Source: Alphaproteobacteria bacterium HGW-Alphaproteobacteria-14
GTDB lineage: Bacteria; Pseudomonadota; Alphaproteobacteria; Sphingomonadales; Sphingomonadaceae
NCBI GenBank assembly: GCA_002842925.1
Contig: PHEL01000001.1
Coordinates: 6,691 to 70,690 of the forward strand
Direction: 5' to 3'
DNA length: 64,000 nt
Shown here: piece by piece, positions 32,130 to 40,544 of the stretch
Layout: each line of letters opens with the position of its first letter
How positions within the stretch are numbered: position 1 is the stretch's first letter
Notes under the pieces: model-generated
The model's input: the letters and a program-made list of their open reading frames with translations, nothing else
Told to the model about the DNA's origin: nothing
The model's database searches: none
Position numbers and translations under genes: made by a program

Positions 32130-33869
32130 ATGGCTGATGACGACTTCGACATCAGACCGGGCCGCTCGCGGGACAGCGGTGTTGGCGCCTACCGCAAGGC
32201 CAACACGCTGGTCGGCCGCGTGCTCCAGGTCTCGCGCCGGGCAGGCTACACGCCGCTTGGGCGAAGCAGGTCCGGCCGCGGCACCGGCCATCTCGGGCGC
32301 GGCAAGCGCGCTGCGCTGCAGCGCCGTCGCACTGCCTTCCAGCGGCGCGTCGTCATCAAGGCCCGCGTTGTCCGGCATAGGGGTACATCGTTTCGTTCCG
32401 CACCGCTCGCACGCCATATCGCCTATCTCGAACGTGACGGTGTTACCCGTGATGGATCGGACGGCCAGATGTTCGATGCCCGCTCTGACCAGGCCGATGG
32501 GGAGACCTTTGCCGAGCGCTGCGAGGAAGACCGGCACCACTTCCGCTTCATCGTCTCGCCTGAGGATGCCAGCGAGATGGCGGATCTGCGGGCTTTCACG
32601 CGCGAGATGATGGACGACATGGCGAGCGATCTGGACACGAAGCTCGATTGGGTCGCAGTCGATCACTGGAACACCGACAATCCGCATATCCATGTGCTGG
32701 TCCGGGGCGTTGCGAGCGATGGAAAGGATCTCGTGATCGACCGCGCCTATATCAGCGAGGGCCTGCGTGCCCGCGCCGAAGAGCGCGTGACGGTGGAACT
32801 CGGCCCGCGCAGCGAGCGTGATATTCAAAACGCGCTTCGGCGAGAGGTCGACGCCGAACGCTGGACTTCGCTCGACCGCCGATTGCAACGGCAGCGTGAC
32901 GATCTTGGTGTGGTCGACCTGCGCCCCGAGGCATCAGGCGCACGAAAGGATCGCAGCCTACTGCTTGGCCGTGCACAGACACTCGAACGCATGGGTCTAG
33001 CCCAGCGCATTGGTCCAGCCAGTTGGACGCTGGCTGCGGATGTCGAGCCGACCTTGCGCGAACTGGGTGATCGCGGCGACATCATCAAGACTATGCACCG
33101 CGCCATGACCGGCCACGGTCTGACCATCGATCCCGAGCGCATCGCCTTGCATGGACGAACCGGTGGCGCGCGTGTCATTGGCAGGCTCGTCGAACGCGGG
33201 TTGCATGATGAACTGACCGGCGAGGCCTATACGATCATCGATGGGGTGGATGGCCGCACACATCATCTGCGTTTTCCCGACATCGATCGGACGACTGACG
33301 CTGCGCCGGGCGCGATCGTCGAGGCCAGCAACTGGACCGATCGCAAAGGTCGGCAGCAGACAAGTCTGCTGGTCCGGTCCGACCTTTCCATCGACACGCA
33401 AGTCCGTGCGCGCGGTGCGACATGGCTCGACCGGCAGCTGTTATCGCCGCGACCCGAAACACTCTCGGGCGGGTTTGGGTCAGACGTTCGCGACGCACTG
33501 GAGCAACGGTCGGAGGGCTTGATCGATGACGGCCTCGCCAAACGTCGGGGGCAGCGCATCGTCTTTGCGCGCGGCCTGCTCGATACGCTCCGAGACCGTG
33601 AACTGGCTGACGCAGGCGAGGCCTTAGCGGCGCGCCACGGTGGTATCGCTCAGTCCGTCAATGCCGGCGACCATGTAGCTGGTATCTACCGCGAGCGGGT
33701 GACGCTCGCGTCTGGCCGCTTCGCCATGATTGACAATGGCATGGGCTTCCAGCTCGTCCCCTGGCGGCAGGATCTTGAACGGCATCTGGGGCAGGCCGTG
33801 ACCGGCAGGATCAACCAGCGCGGCGGCGCCGACTGGAGCTTTGCCCGCTCGCGCGGCCCAGCAATCTGA
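32130..33869 (+). CDS. rlxS: Relaxase, RlxS/VirD2-like with DUF3363
   Basis: RRVVIKARVVRH, HIAYLERDGVTRDG, HHFRFIVSPEDA, AVDHWNTDNPHIHVLVRG, GATWLDRQL. Start moved to 32130. Confidence 0.92.
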   Translation: MADDDFDIRPGRSRDSGVGAYRKANTLVGRVLQVSRRAGYTPLGRSRSGRGTGHLGRGKRAALQRRRTAFQRRVVIKARVVRHRGTSFRSAPLARHIAYLERDGVTRDGSDGQMFDARSDQADGETFAERCEEDRHHFRFIVSPEDASEMADLRAFTREMMDDMASDLDTKLDWVAVDHWNTDNPHIHVLVRGVASDGKDLVIDRAYISEGLRARAEERVTVELGPRSERDIQNALRREVDAERWTSLDRRLQRQRDDLGVVDLRPEASGARKDRSLLLGRAQTLERMGLAQRIGPASWTLAADVEPTLRELGDRGDIIKTMHRAMTGHGLTIDPERIALHGRTGGARVIGRLVERGLHDELTGEAYTIIDGVDGRTHHLRFPDIDRTTDAAPGAIVEASNWTDRKGRQQTSLLVRSDLSIDTQVRARGATWLDRQLLSPRPETLSGGFGSDVRDALEQRSEGLIDDGLAKRRGQRIVFARGLLDTLRDRELADAGEALAARHGGIAQSVNAGDHVAGIYRERVTLASGRFAMIDNGMGFQLVPWRQDLERHLGQAVTGRINQRGGADWSFARSRGPAI

Positions 33870-33893
33870 GGAGGTAGGCCAATGACACAAATC

Positions 33894-33930
33894 TTGACAA
33901 AAGCACCACATGATGCTTATAAACGCATCA
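33894..33930 (+). promoter_or_regulatory. Sigma70-like promoter with overlapping operator for the TA operon
   Basis: TTGACA 33894, TATAAA 33918 (18-bp spacer), inverted repeat TGATGC-N8-GCATCA at 33911-33930. Confidence 0.75.
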
Positions 33931-33941
33931 GGAGAAGCGAT

Positions 33942-34373
33942 ATGGCGAGTGCAGTTTTTGAACCAGTCGAAGCCCCGCGCGGACTTCAAACCTTTGCGGG
34001 CGATGATGATCGCCGCCGCCTGACCGGCGCGGCGGTGAAAGCCGTGCTTCGTCTTGTCGAAGCCTGGGGTGGCAGCAACGCCGAAGGTGCGGCGCTGCTC
34101 GGTGTGTCCGAAAGCACTTGGGACCGGATGAAGGCCGGGACCTGGGAAGGCATACTCAGTCAGGACCAGCTGACCCGCGCTTCGGCGCTGATTGGCCTGT
34201 TCAAGGGACTGCACCTGCTCTTCGCCGACGACATGGCCGATCGCTGGCCAAAGCTTGCAAACAAGGCGCCCGTGTTCGACCGGCTCTCGCCCGTGCAGGC
34301 GATGATCGATGGTGGCATTCCGCGCATGTTAGAGACCCGGCAGTATATCGACGCGCTTCGTGGCGGGCTTTGA
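33942..34373 (+). CDS. Xre/MbcA/ParS-family antitoxin (DUF2384)
   Basis: HTH AALLGVSESTWDRMK, LSQDQLTRASALIG, N.APVFDRLSPVQAMI.GG; RBS AGGAGA. Confidence 0.88.
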   Translation: MASAVFEPVEAPRGLQTFAGDDDRRRLTGAAVKAVLRLVEAWGGSNAEGAALLGVSESTWDRMKAGTWEGILSQDQLTRASALIGLFKGLHLLFADDMADRWPKLANKAPVFDRLSPVQAMIDGGIPRMLETRQYIDALRGGL

Positions 34374-35076
34374 GGGAGGGGCCGACCTGTCACTGGCCAG
34401 CCTTCCGACAATCCGCGAGGCCTTCGAGCAGACGATCAGGCTCGTGCCGAGCGCGCGTCTGCGCGAAGCGGTCATGTCGGCTCTTGCTGACGATGACGAC
34501 GATCTTGCCTTGTTGGCTGAGATCGAGGGCGCGACGAGCGGGAGGCTGATTGCTGAAGAACGCGGGCTTGGCGGGCTGACCGCCGATGAGCTGGTTCACG
34601 GCGTGCCGCATGCCAAATTCATCAATGCCAGCTTCGCCTATGCCAAGCCGCGTGAGCCGGGTCGCTTCAATCCCGCCGATCGCGGTGCCTGGTATGCCGC
34701 GCTAGTGGTCGAGACCTGTATCGCCGAGGTCGGCCATCACCTGACCAAAGCCTTGGCCGACGCGGGCGATTTCAACGCAATTGTTGAATATGGCGAGATG
34801 ATCGCCAGCATGTCGGGCGTGTTCATCGATCTGCGCGGCCTTCCCGATCATCCCAGCCTCGATCCCGATGCTGCGAAGGGTTATCCGGCAGGCAATGCTC
34901 TGGCGGCGCAAGCGCGCGGCGAAGGGCACAATGGGATCATCTACCCCTCAGTTCGGCATCGAGATGGCACCTGTATAGCGGCGCTTTGGCCTAATGTTGT
35001 GCAGTCGGTCGTGCAGGGCGCGATGTATCGGCTGACGTGGTCAGGATCGCCAAAGTATGGGTGGGAAGCGCTTTAG
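34360..35076 (+). CDS. RES-domain toxin (start uncertain)
   Basis: GRFNPADRGAWYAA, TCIAEVGHH, GIIYPSVRH; coupled to the Xre antitoxin. Confidence 0.88.
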   Translation: MAGFEGGADLSLASLPTIREAFEQTIRLVPSARLREAVMSALADDDDDLALLAEIEGATSGRLIAEERGLGGLTADELVHGVPHAKFINASFAYAKPREPGRFNPADRGAWYAALVVETCIAEVGHHLTKALADAGDFNAIVEYGEMIASMSGVFIDLRGLPDHPSLDPDAAKGYPAGNALAAQARGEGHNGIIYPSVRHRDGTCIAALWPNVVQSVVQGAMYRLTWSGSPKYGWEAL

Positions 35077-35091
35077 GATCGCAACGCGCTT

Positions 35092-36240
35092 TCAATATTT
35101 CTCGTGATGAGGATTCTCGTTAGGAAAGGCATCGACATAACCAAAATTTACATCGATCCTCTTCTTCGAGACCTCCACTTCGTGGAAAACGACGCCATCG
35201 TCCAGGGATCTATCGGCTGTAATCGTAAGCGTAAAAGGGAGCGTATCTTCAATGTAAGTTTCTTCCGAACCAAGGTGAACGTAGTCTCGATCGACACTAT
35301 CTTCCACGAAGAAATTGAAGGATGCTTCGAAGCCAACACATGCCTCAAGGCCCACTGTAAAGGTCACCGTATCACTGTCGACTGCGATAACCGTTGGCTG
35401 ACCGATGCTTTGTGGATTTACAAACTGAAGTACAGCGCCGAGCGGCTCCGCTTCAAATTCCACATCAGCATGCCCGTCGACACTGAAATCCAGATCATCG
35501 AGGCGATATTCGAACGCGTTTGAAATCGCTTCGATAAACTCACCACCTTCGCTTTCCCGCCAACGCTGCACAATGACGTCAGCGAGGTTTTGGTCGGCAG
35601 CATTGAAAAGTGCGAGGGCGTGTTCCAGCCTGTCCACGCAGACGAGATGATCCGACTTGGCGGCGAATTCCACCCAGCCCTTGTCAGGGGCAACGCAGAG
35701 TACAAAACCTTTGTTTTCTTCGCCGAATGTCTCCAGTCGCAAAAGTGCAAATGCGTCCGGAAATTCGCTCTTCCGCTTGTCAGCAGGTCCAAAAGGAGGC
35801 GCTTCCGAAAAGTACCGGGTCAGGATATTTTCGACAGCATCTGGCACGTCAGAGGACTTAATGACTTGGCCATTGACGTGTTTGAGAAATGCGTCGAATT
35901 CTAATTGGGCGAAGGCCGCTGGATCCGCCTGAAGCAACAAATCTTCATCTTCTTTGTCAGCTCTTTCCCGGTTCCAGCGAAGCGTGTGCGAGCGCAGAGC
36001 CTTTTTGAGTGCTCTTTGTGGCTCCGAAGCATCATCGCGCAAATGCGCAACTATCTCTCTGGCGACCACATCCGAGAAGACGACACGAACATCGCGTTCA
36101 TAAAACTGATCTAGGCGCTGTAACACCGTATTGCTGAAAGTCTTCTGCTTTGCGTCAAACACCGAAGTGTCGATCGAGATCGCAAACACCTTCCCGTCGG
36201 CGATTGCTTTTTTCAGTTCATCATCAGTCAGAGTTGGCAT
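35092..36240 (-). CDS. PIN-domain protein (PIN_8/DUF4935-like) with acidic C-terminal domain
   Basis: ISIDTSVF, VVAREIVAHL, KRKSEFPDAF, APDKGW acidic tetrad; visibly more AT-rich than its flanks. Confidence 0.75.
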   Translation of the reverse strand: MPTLTDDELKKAIADGKVFAISIDTSVFDAKQKTFSNTVLQRLDQFYERDVRVVFSDVVAREIVAHLRDDASEPQRALKKALRSHTLRWNRERADKEDEDLLLQADPAAFAQLEFDAFLKHVNGQVIKSSDVPDAVENILTRYFSEAPPFGPADKRKSEFPDAFALLRLETFGEENKGFVLCVAPDKGWVEFAAKSDHLVCVDRLEHALALFNAADQNLADVIVQRWRESEGGEFIEAISNAFEYRLDDLDFSVDGHADVEFEAEPLGAVLQFVNPQSIGQPTVIAVDSDTVTFTVGLEACVGFEASFNFFVEDSVDRDYVHLGSEETYIEDTLPFTLTITADRSLDDGVVFHEVEVSKKRIDVNFGYVDAFPNENPHHEKY

Positions 36241-36424
36241 ACGCAACCTTACGCTAAGGACCTGAATAATGCATCATCTTCAAAATCTTTGACCCCTGCA
36301 AGGTCAACAAGAATTTGTAGGCTAACCACGCTGGCATCACTTTCTCTTCGCTAGAACACTATCATTACCCATCGGCCTTGCAATCCTCATTCAGGCGTTT
36401 CGACTTACCTCTAAAGGAGGTGCT

Positions 36425-38410
36425 ATGTCGGCAACCAAAATCCTGTGGGGCCAAATACTCGCCGTCTTCTCCCTGACGTTGGCAGGCATCTGGGCAGGCA
36501 CACAATGGACGGCAGCCGCCCTCGGCTACCAGACTGGCCTAGGCACAGCCTGGTTCGAGGCCTTCGGTGTGCCCGTCTATCCGCCCTATGCCATCTTCTG
36601 GTGGTGGTTCAGCTTTGAAGCCTATGCGCCGCGCATCTTCGAAACTGGCGGCATGATCGCGGCATCGGGCGGTCTTGCTTCGGTAGTGGTGGCGATCGCC
36701 ATGTCGGTCTGGCGCGCCCGCGAGATCAGGAACAGCGCTACCTATGGCTCGGCGCGCTGGGCCACCCGATCCGAAATCGCCAAGGCAGGCCTGCTTACAG
36801 GCAAGGGCGTCGTCATCGGCCAGCACGCCAATCTCTATTTGCGCCATGACGGTCCCGAACATGTTCTGTGCTTTGCGCCAACCCGCAGCGGCAAGGGCGT
36901 AGGGCTGGTCATCCCGACACTGCTGACTTGGCCGCACTCTGCAATTGTCCACGACATCAAGGGCGAGAACTGGGACCTGACTGCCGGCTTCCGTTCGAAC
37001 TTCAGCCGCTTGCTGTTGTTCGATCCGACCAACGAGGCTTCGGCGGCCTATAACCCGCTGATGGAGGTGCGGCGCGGGATCAATGAGGTCCGCGACGTCC
37101 AGAATATCGCCGATGTGCTGGTCGATCCCGAAGGCTCGCTCGAGCGCCGCAACCATTGGGAAAAGACCAGCCATGCCCTGCTGGTCGGGGCCATCCTGCA
37201 CGTGCTCTATGCGGAAAGCGACAAGACCCTAGCAGGCGTCGCAGCCTTCCTCTCCGATCCCAAGCGATCGATCGAGGCGACACTCGCCGCCATGATGATG
37301 ACCCCGCATCTGGGCGATGATGGCATGCATCCAGTCGTTGCGAGCGCAGCCCGCGAACTCCTCAACAAGTCTGAAAACGAACGCTCGGGCGTGCTGTCTA
37401 CCGCTATGTCCTTCCTTGGACTCTACCGCGATCCGGTCATCGCGAAAGTCACAAGGCAATGCGACTGGCGCATTGCCGATTTGGTCGATGCCAAACGTCC
37501 GGTCACGCTCTACCTCGTTGTCCCACCATCGGATATCAGCCGGACCAAGCCGCTCATCCGTCTGATCCTCAACCAGCTCGGGCGGCGGCTGACCGAAGAC
37601 CTTGCCGAAGGCGCGGACCGGCAGCGGCTGCTCCTGATGCTTGACGAGTTCCCGGCGCTTGGCCGCCTTGACTTCTTCGAGAGCGCGCTTGCCTTCATGG
37701 CCGGATACGGCATCAAGGCCTTTCTGATCGCGCAGTCATTGAACCAGATCGAAAAAGCTTACGGCCAGAACAACGCGATCCTCGACAATTGCCATGTGCG
37801 GGTCTGCTTCGCGACCAATGACGAACGCACCGCCAAGCGCGTCTCGGAATCGCTCGGTACCGCCACTGAAATGCGGGCGATGAAGAACTATGCCGGACAT
37901 CGGCTGTCGCCATGGCTTGGTCATCTGATGGTCTCGCGCTCCGAGACCGCGCGGGCTCTGCTGACCCAGGGCGAGATCATGCAACTGCCTGATACCGATC
38001 AAATCGTCATGCTAGCTGGCGCCCATCCTATCCGTTCGAAGAAGGCTCGCTACTATGCCGATCCGCGGCTCAAAAAGCGGATCGATGCGCCACCGATCCC
38101 GAAGCAGTCAGTCGACAAGGGAGCTGCCGGTGATTGGGGAGGCAGGATTGCGAAAGCTGTGCATCGGAAGGACAGCCCTGTCAGCAAGCCCGAGTGGCGG
38201 GATGATGAGGCCGAGGGCGGAATTCGGCGTGAACCAGAATTGCCTGAGCACGAAGACATCGCACCAGCACCTGTACCCGTGCGCAATGAATTTGATTTTG
38301 AGGACAGGAGCGATGCTGACATCGCGAGCACCAATCGCGGATTGGCCGACCAGATGCGCGCCAACGCCCGGCGCGCTGCGCTCGATCCCAATGACGGGAT
38401 CGAACTGTGA
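36425..38410 (+). CDS. traG: Type IV coupling protein TraG/VirD4
   Basis: HVLCFAPTRSGKGVGLVIP, VHDIKGENW, LLMLDEFPALG, QSLNQ; RBS AAGGAGG. Confidence 0.96.
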   Translation: MSATKILWGQILAVFSLTLAGIWAGTQWTAAALGYQTGLGTAWFEAFGVPVYPPYAIFWWWFSFEAYAPRIFETGGMIAASGGLASVVVAIAMSVWRAREIRNSATYGSARWATRSEIAKAGLLTGKGVVIGQHANLYLRHDGPEHVLCFAPTRSGKGVGLVIPTLLTWPHSAIVHDIKGENWDLTAGFRSNFSRLLLFDPTNEASAAYNPLMEVRRGINEVRDVQNIADVLVDPEGSLERRNHWEKTSHALLVGAILHVLYAESDKTLAGVAAFLSDPKRSIEATLAAMMMTPHLGDDGMHPVVASAARELLNKSENERSGVLSTAMSFLGLYRDPVIAKVTRQCDWRIADLVDAKRPVTLYLVVPPSDISRTKPLIRLILNQLGRRLTEDLAEGADRQRLLLMLDEFPALGRLDFFESALAFMAGYGIKAFLIAQSLNQIEKAYGQNNAILDNCHVRVCFATNDERTAKRVSESLGTATEMRAMKNYAGHRLSPWLGHLMVSRSETARALLTQGEIMQLPDTDQIVMLAGAHPIRSKKARYYADPRLKKRIDAPPIPKQSVDKGAAGDWGGRIAKAVHRKDSPVSKPEWRDDEAEGGIRREPELPEHEDIAPAPVPVRNEFDFEDRSDADIASTNRGLADQMRANARRAALDPNDGIEL

Positions 38411-38829
38411 GCAAGGGCAATCGCATCAAGCATACTTTTCGGCTGCCTCCAGACCTCTCGCAGCAACTGGCAGACTACGCCGGGCGCAAGCGGGTATCGC
38501 AGGCATCGGTGGTCGAGGCAGCGGTTGCATCATTCCTATCACCGGACGGATCGGAACGAATGGAAGCTGCGTTCAGTCGGCGTCTGGATCGTATTTCGCG
38601 GCAGTTCGACAAGCTCGACTATCACGTCGAGGTCGGCAACGAGGCTATTGCCCTATTTGTGCGCTTCTGGCTCGGGATGACCCCCTCGATGCCAGACGAA
38701 GCAACAGCTGCGGCCAAAGCTGCCGGCGAGCAGCGCTTTGAACACTTCGTTGCTGCTTTGGCGCGGCGCGTTGAGAATGGCCAGCGGCTCTCTAATTTCG
38801 TCGATGAGAAAGTCCGCCAAGCGCCCTAA
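38407..38829 (+). CDS. CopG/ribbon-helix-helix protein
   Basis: KHTFRLPPDLSQQLADYA...SVVEAAVASFLSPD..ERMEAA..RRLDR; usual position after traG. Confidence 0.85.
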   Translation: MSKGNRIKHTFRLPPDLSQQLADYAGRKRVSQASVVEAAVASFLSPDGSERMEAAFSRRLDRISRQFDKLDYHVEVGNEAIALFVRFWLGMTPSMPDEATAAAKAAGEQRFEHFVAALARRVENGQRLSNFVDEKVRQAP

Positions 38830-39329
38830 TGTCGATCATAGCGGATCGCCCGACGATCGCCTGAAAGCGGACACACTTGCCAACATGTTTCAAAAATCGG
38901 TTCTGGGACAAAGCCGCCCTTCCCTTGCGACGACTTCAACGGCAGGCGGTTCGCTAAAAACCGACATCCAGTTTTCGTCAAACCAGCCTTGCAACGCGAC
39001 GGCAACTGGGCCGGTTAGAGGCGTTCTGTTCTCGGACGCAAATCGCGAGAAGCTGAGATTGAGTGGCGCGAAAGCACTCTAGAGTGCAGTCTGACTTAGA
39101 TTGAATGCACTGTACTACCGCGCAGATATTTCGCGTGCGTAAGAGCCTTTCAGTCTAAGCGGCACAACGCCGTGGATCGCCACCTTTACAGCAAATCTGA
39201 CCGACCTCCGGAGAAAGCGTTACAGACCATAGCAGTGCATCAAATTCTAATAACATAGCAACAAAGTGAGTTGATATGCATCATATCGTTCGTTATACGC
39301 ATCATAGCGCCTACTCGACGCAACCGCAT

Positions 39330-40544
39330 ATGGGACTGCTTATGGAACACTTCTCAATCATCCAAGCGCTCTGTCGAGCAGCAATCGCAGAGGCATCGCC
39401 AGCGACGCGCAAACAGATCGAGCGCCTGCGTGACGCGATCGCGAAGGATGGCGACCCAAAACAGTCGGCGGCGCTGTCCAGCATTTTAACGACTGCGGAT
39501 CGAACCAAAGAGCTCTCACCCAGTCGCATCGAGCGGTCGAAATCGATCGTTGCTGGCGAGGTTCTGACACGCAACACGCCTCTACCTGTCGATCGCGAGA
39601 CGTCGGCGGCGCTTGCCGATATTTTCTTTCCTAGCGATATTCAGGCGTCGCCGCCGTTGTTCAATTCAAGGGTAAGCCAAGCAATCCGGACGATTATCGA
39701 GGAATGGGCGAATTTCGATGTTCTGTCGGAAATCGACATTCGGCCATCCAAAACCTGCCTTATTTATGGCGCGCCCGGGACGGGCAAAACGCGCCTAGCG
39801 TTATGGATTGCGCAACAACTCGATTTGCCAGTCGTGTTGGTCAAGCTTGATGGTCTGGTGTCGTCATTTCTTGGAACCACAGCACGGAATATCGGCAATC
39901 TGTTTGCGTTTGCCAATCGGCATCGGTGCATTCTCCTTCTTGATGAATTTGACGCGATCGCCAAAGTTCGAGATGACCCGCAGGAAGTCGGCGAAATCAA
40001 GCGCGTAGTGAATGCTCTTTTGCAGAATCTCGACATCCGGCGCGATGTGGGTTTCACAATCGGCATCACAAATCACCCGAAGCTGCTTGATCCAGCCGTT
40101 TGGCGCCGGTTCGAAGTCCAGCTTGAAATTCCGAAACCTGATTTTGAAATGCGCAAAGCAATCGCTGCGAATTTCATGCCACCAATCGAAGCTCCCGACG
40201 TGCATCTACGGCTAATCGCATGGTTCACCGAAGGCTCCACAGGCGCCGAGATCGAGTCGCTCGTTCGCACCTACAAGAAAGCGACGACGGTTCGGGCTGA
40301 AGATAAGCGCGGCCTCCTCGATACCTTGCGCCAGTTCGCTACGCTCAATGCCGCACGGGTCCAGAGCGAACGGCGGGCCCTGCTTTTCGACGACACGAGC
40401 AACCTGTTTAGAGCGATGCGCGATGACCCGATTCTTGGCTTCTCGATGGCCGATATCGGCGAAATAGCAGGCAAGGACAAATCGACGGTCAGCCGACAGC
40501 TGGGCCGCGCAGCAAAGTCAGAGAATGAGGTGACGAATGGCTAG
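39330..40544 (+). CDS. ietA: AAA+ ATPase of an IetAS-type system, with C-terminal HTH
   Basis: GAPGTGKT, LVSSFLGTTARNI, LLDEFDAIAK, EIKRVVNALLQ, LLDPAVWRRF; C-terminal SMADIGEIAGKDKSTVSRQL. Start is 39330 or 39342. Confidence 0.85.
   Translation: MGLLMEHFSIIQALCRAAIAEASPATRKQIERLRDAIAKDGDPKQSAALSSILTTADRTKELSPSRIERSKSIVAGEVLTRNTPLPVDRETSAALADIFFPSDIQASPPLFNSRVSQAIRTIIEEWANFDVLSEIDIRPSKTCLIYGAPGTGKTRLALWIAQQLDLPVVLVKLDGLVSSFLGTTARNIGNLFAFANRHRCILLLDEFDAIAKVRDDPQEVGEIKRVVNALLQNLDIRRDVGFTIGITNHPKLLDPAVWRRFEVQLEIPKPDFEMRKAIAANFMPPIEAPDVHLRLIAWFTEGSTGAEIESLVRTYKKATTVRAEDKRGLLDTLRQFATLNAARVQSERRALLFDDTSNLFRAMRDDPILGFSMADIGEIAGKDKSTVSRQLGRAAKSENEVTNG

Noticed and set aside
36289-36307. TTGACC-N7-GGTCAA inverted repeat between the PIN gene and traG
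   Set aside because: Does not fit FNR/FixK spacing, is short, and cannot be assigned to a regulator from sequence alone.
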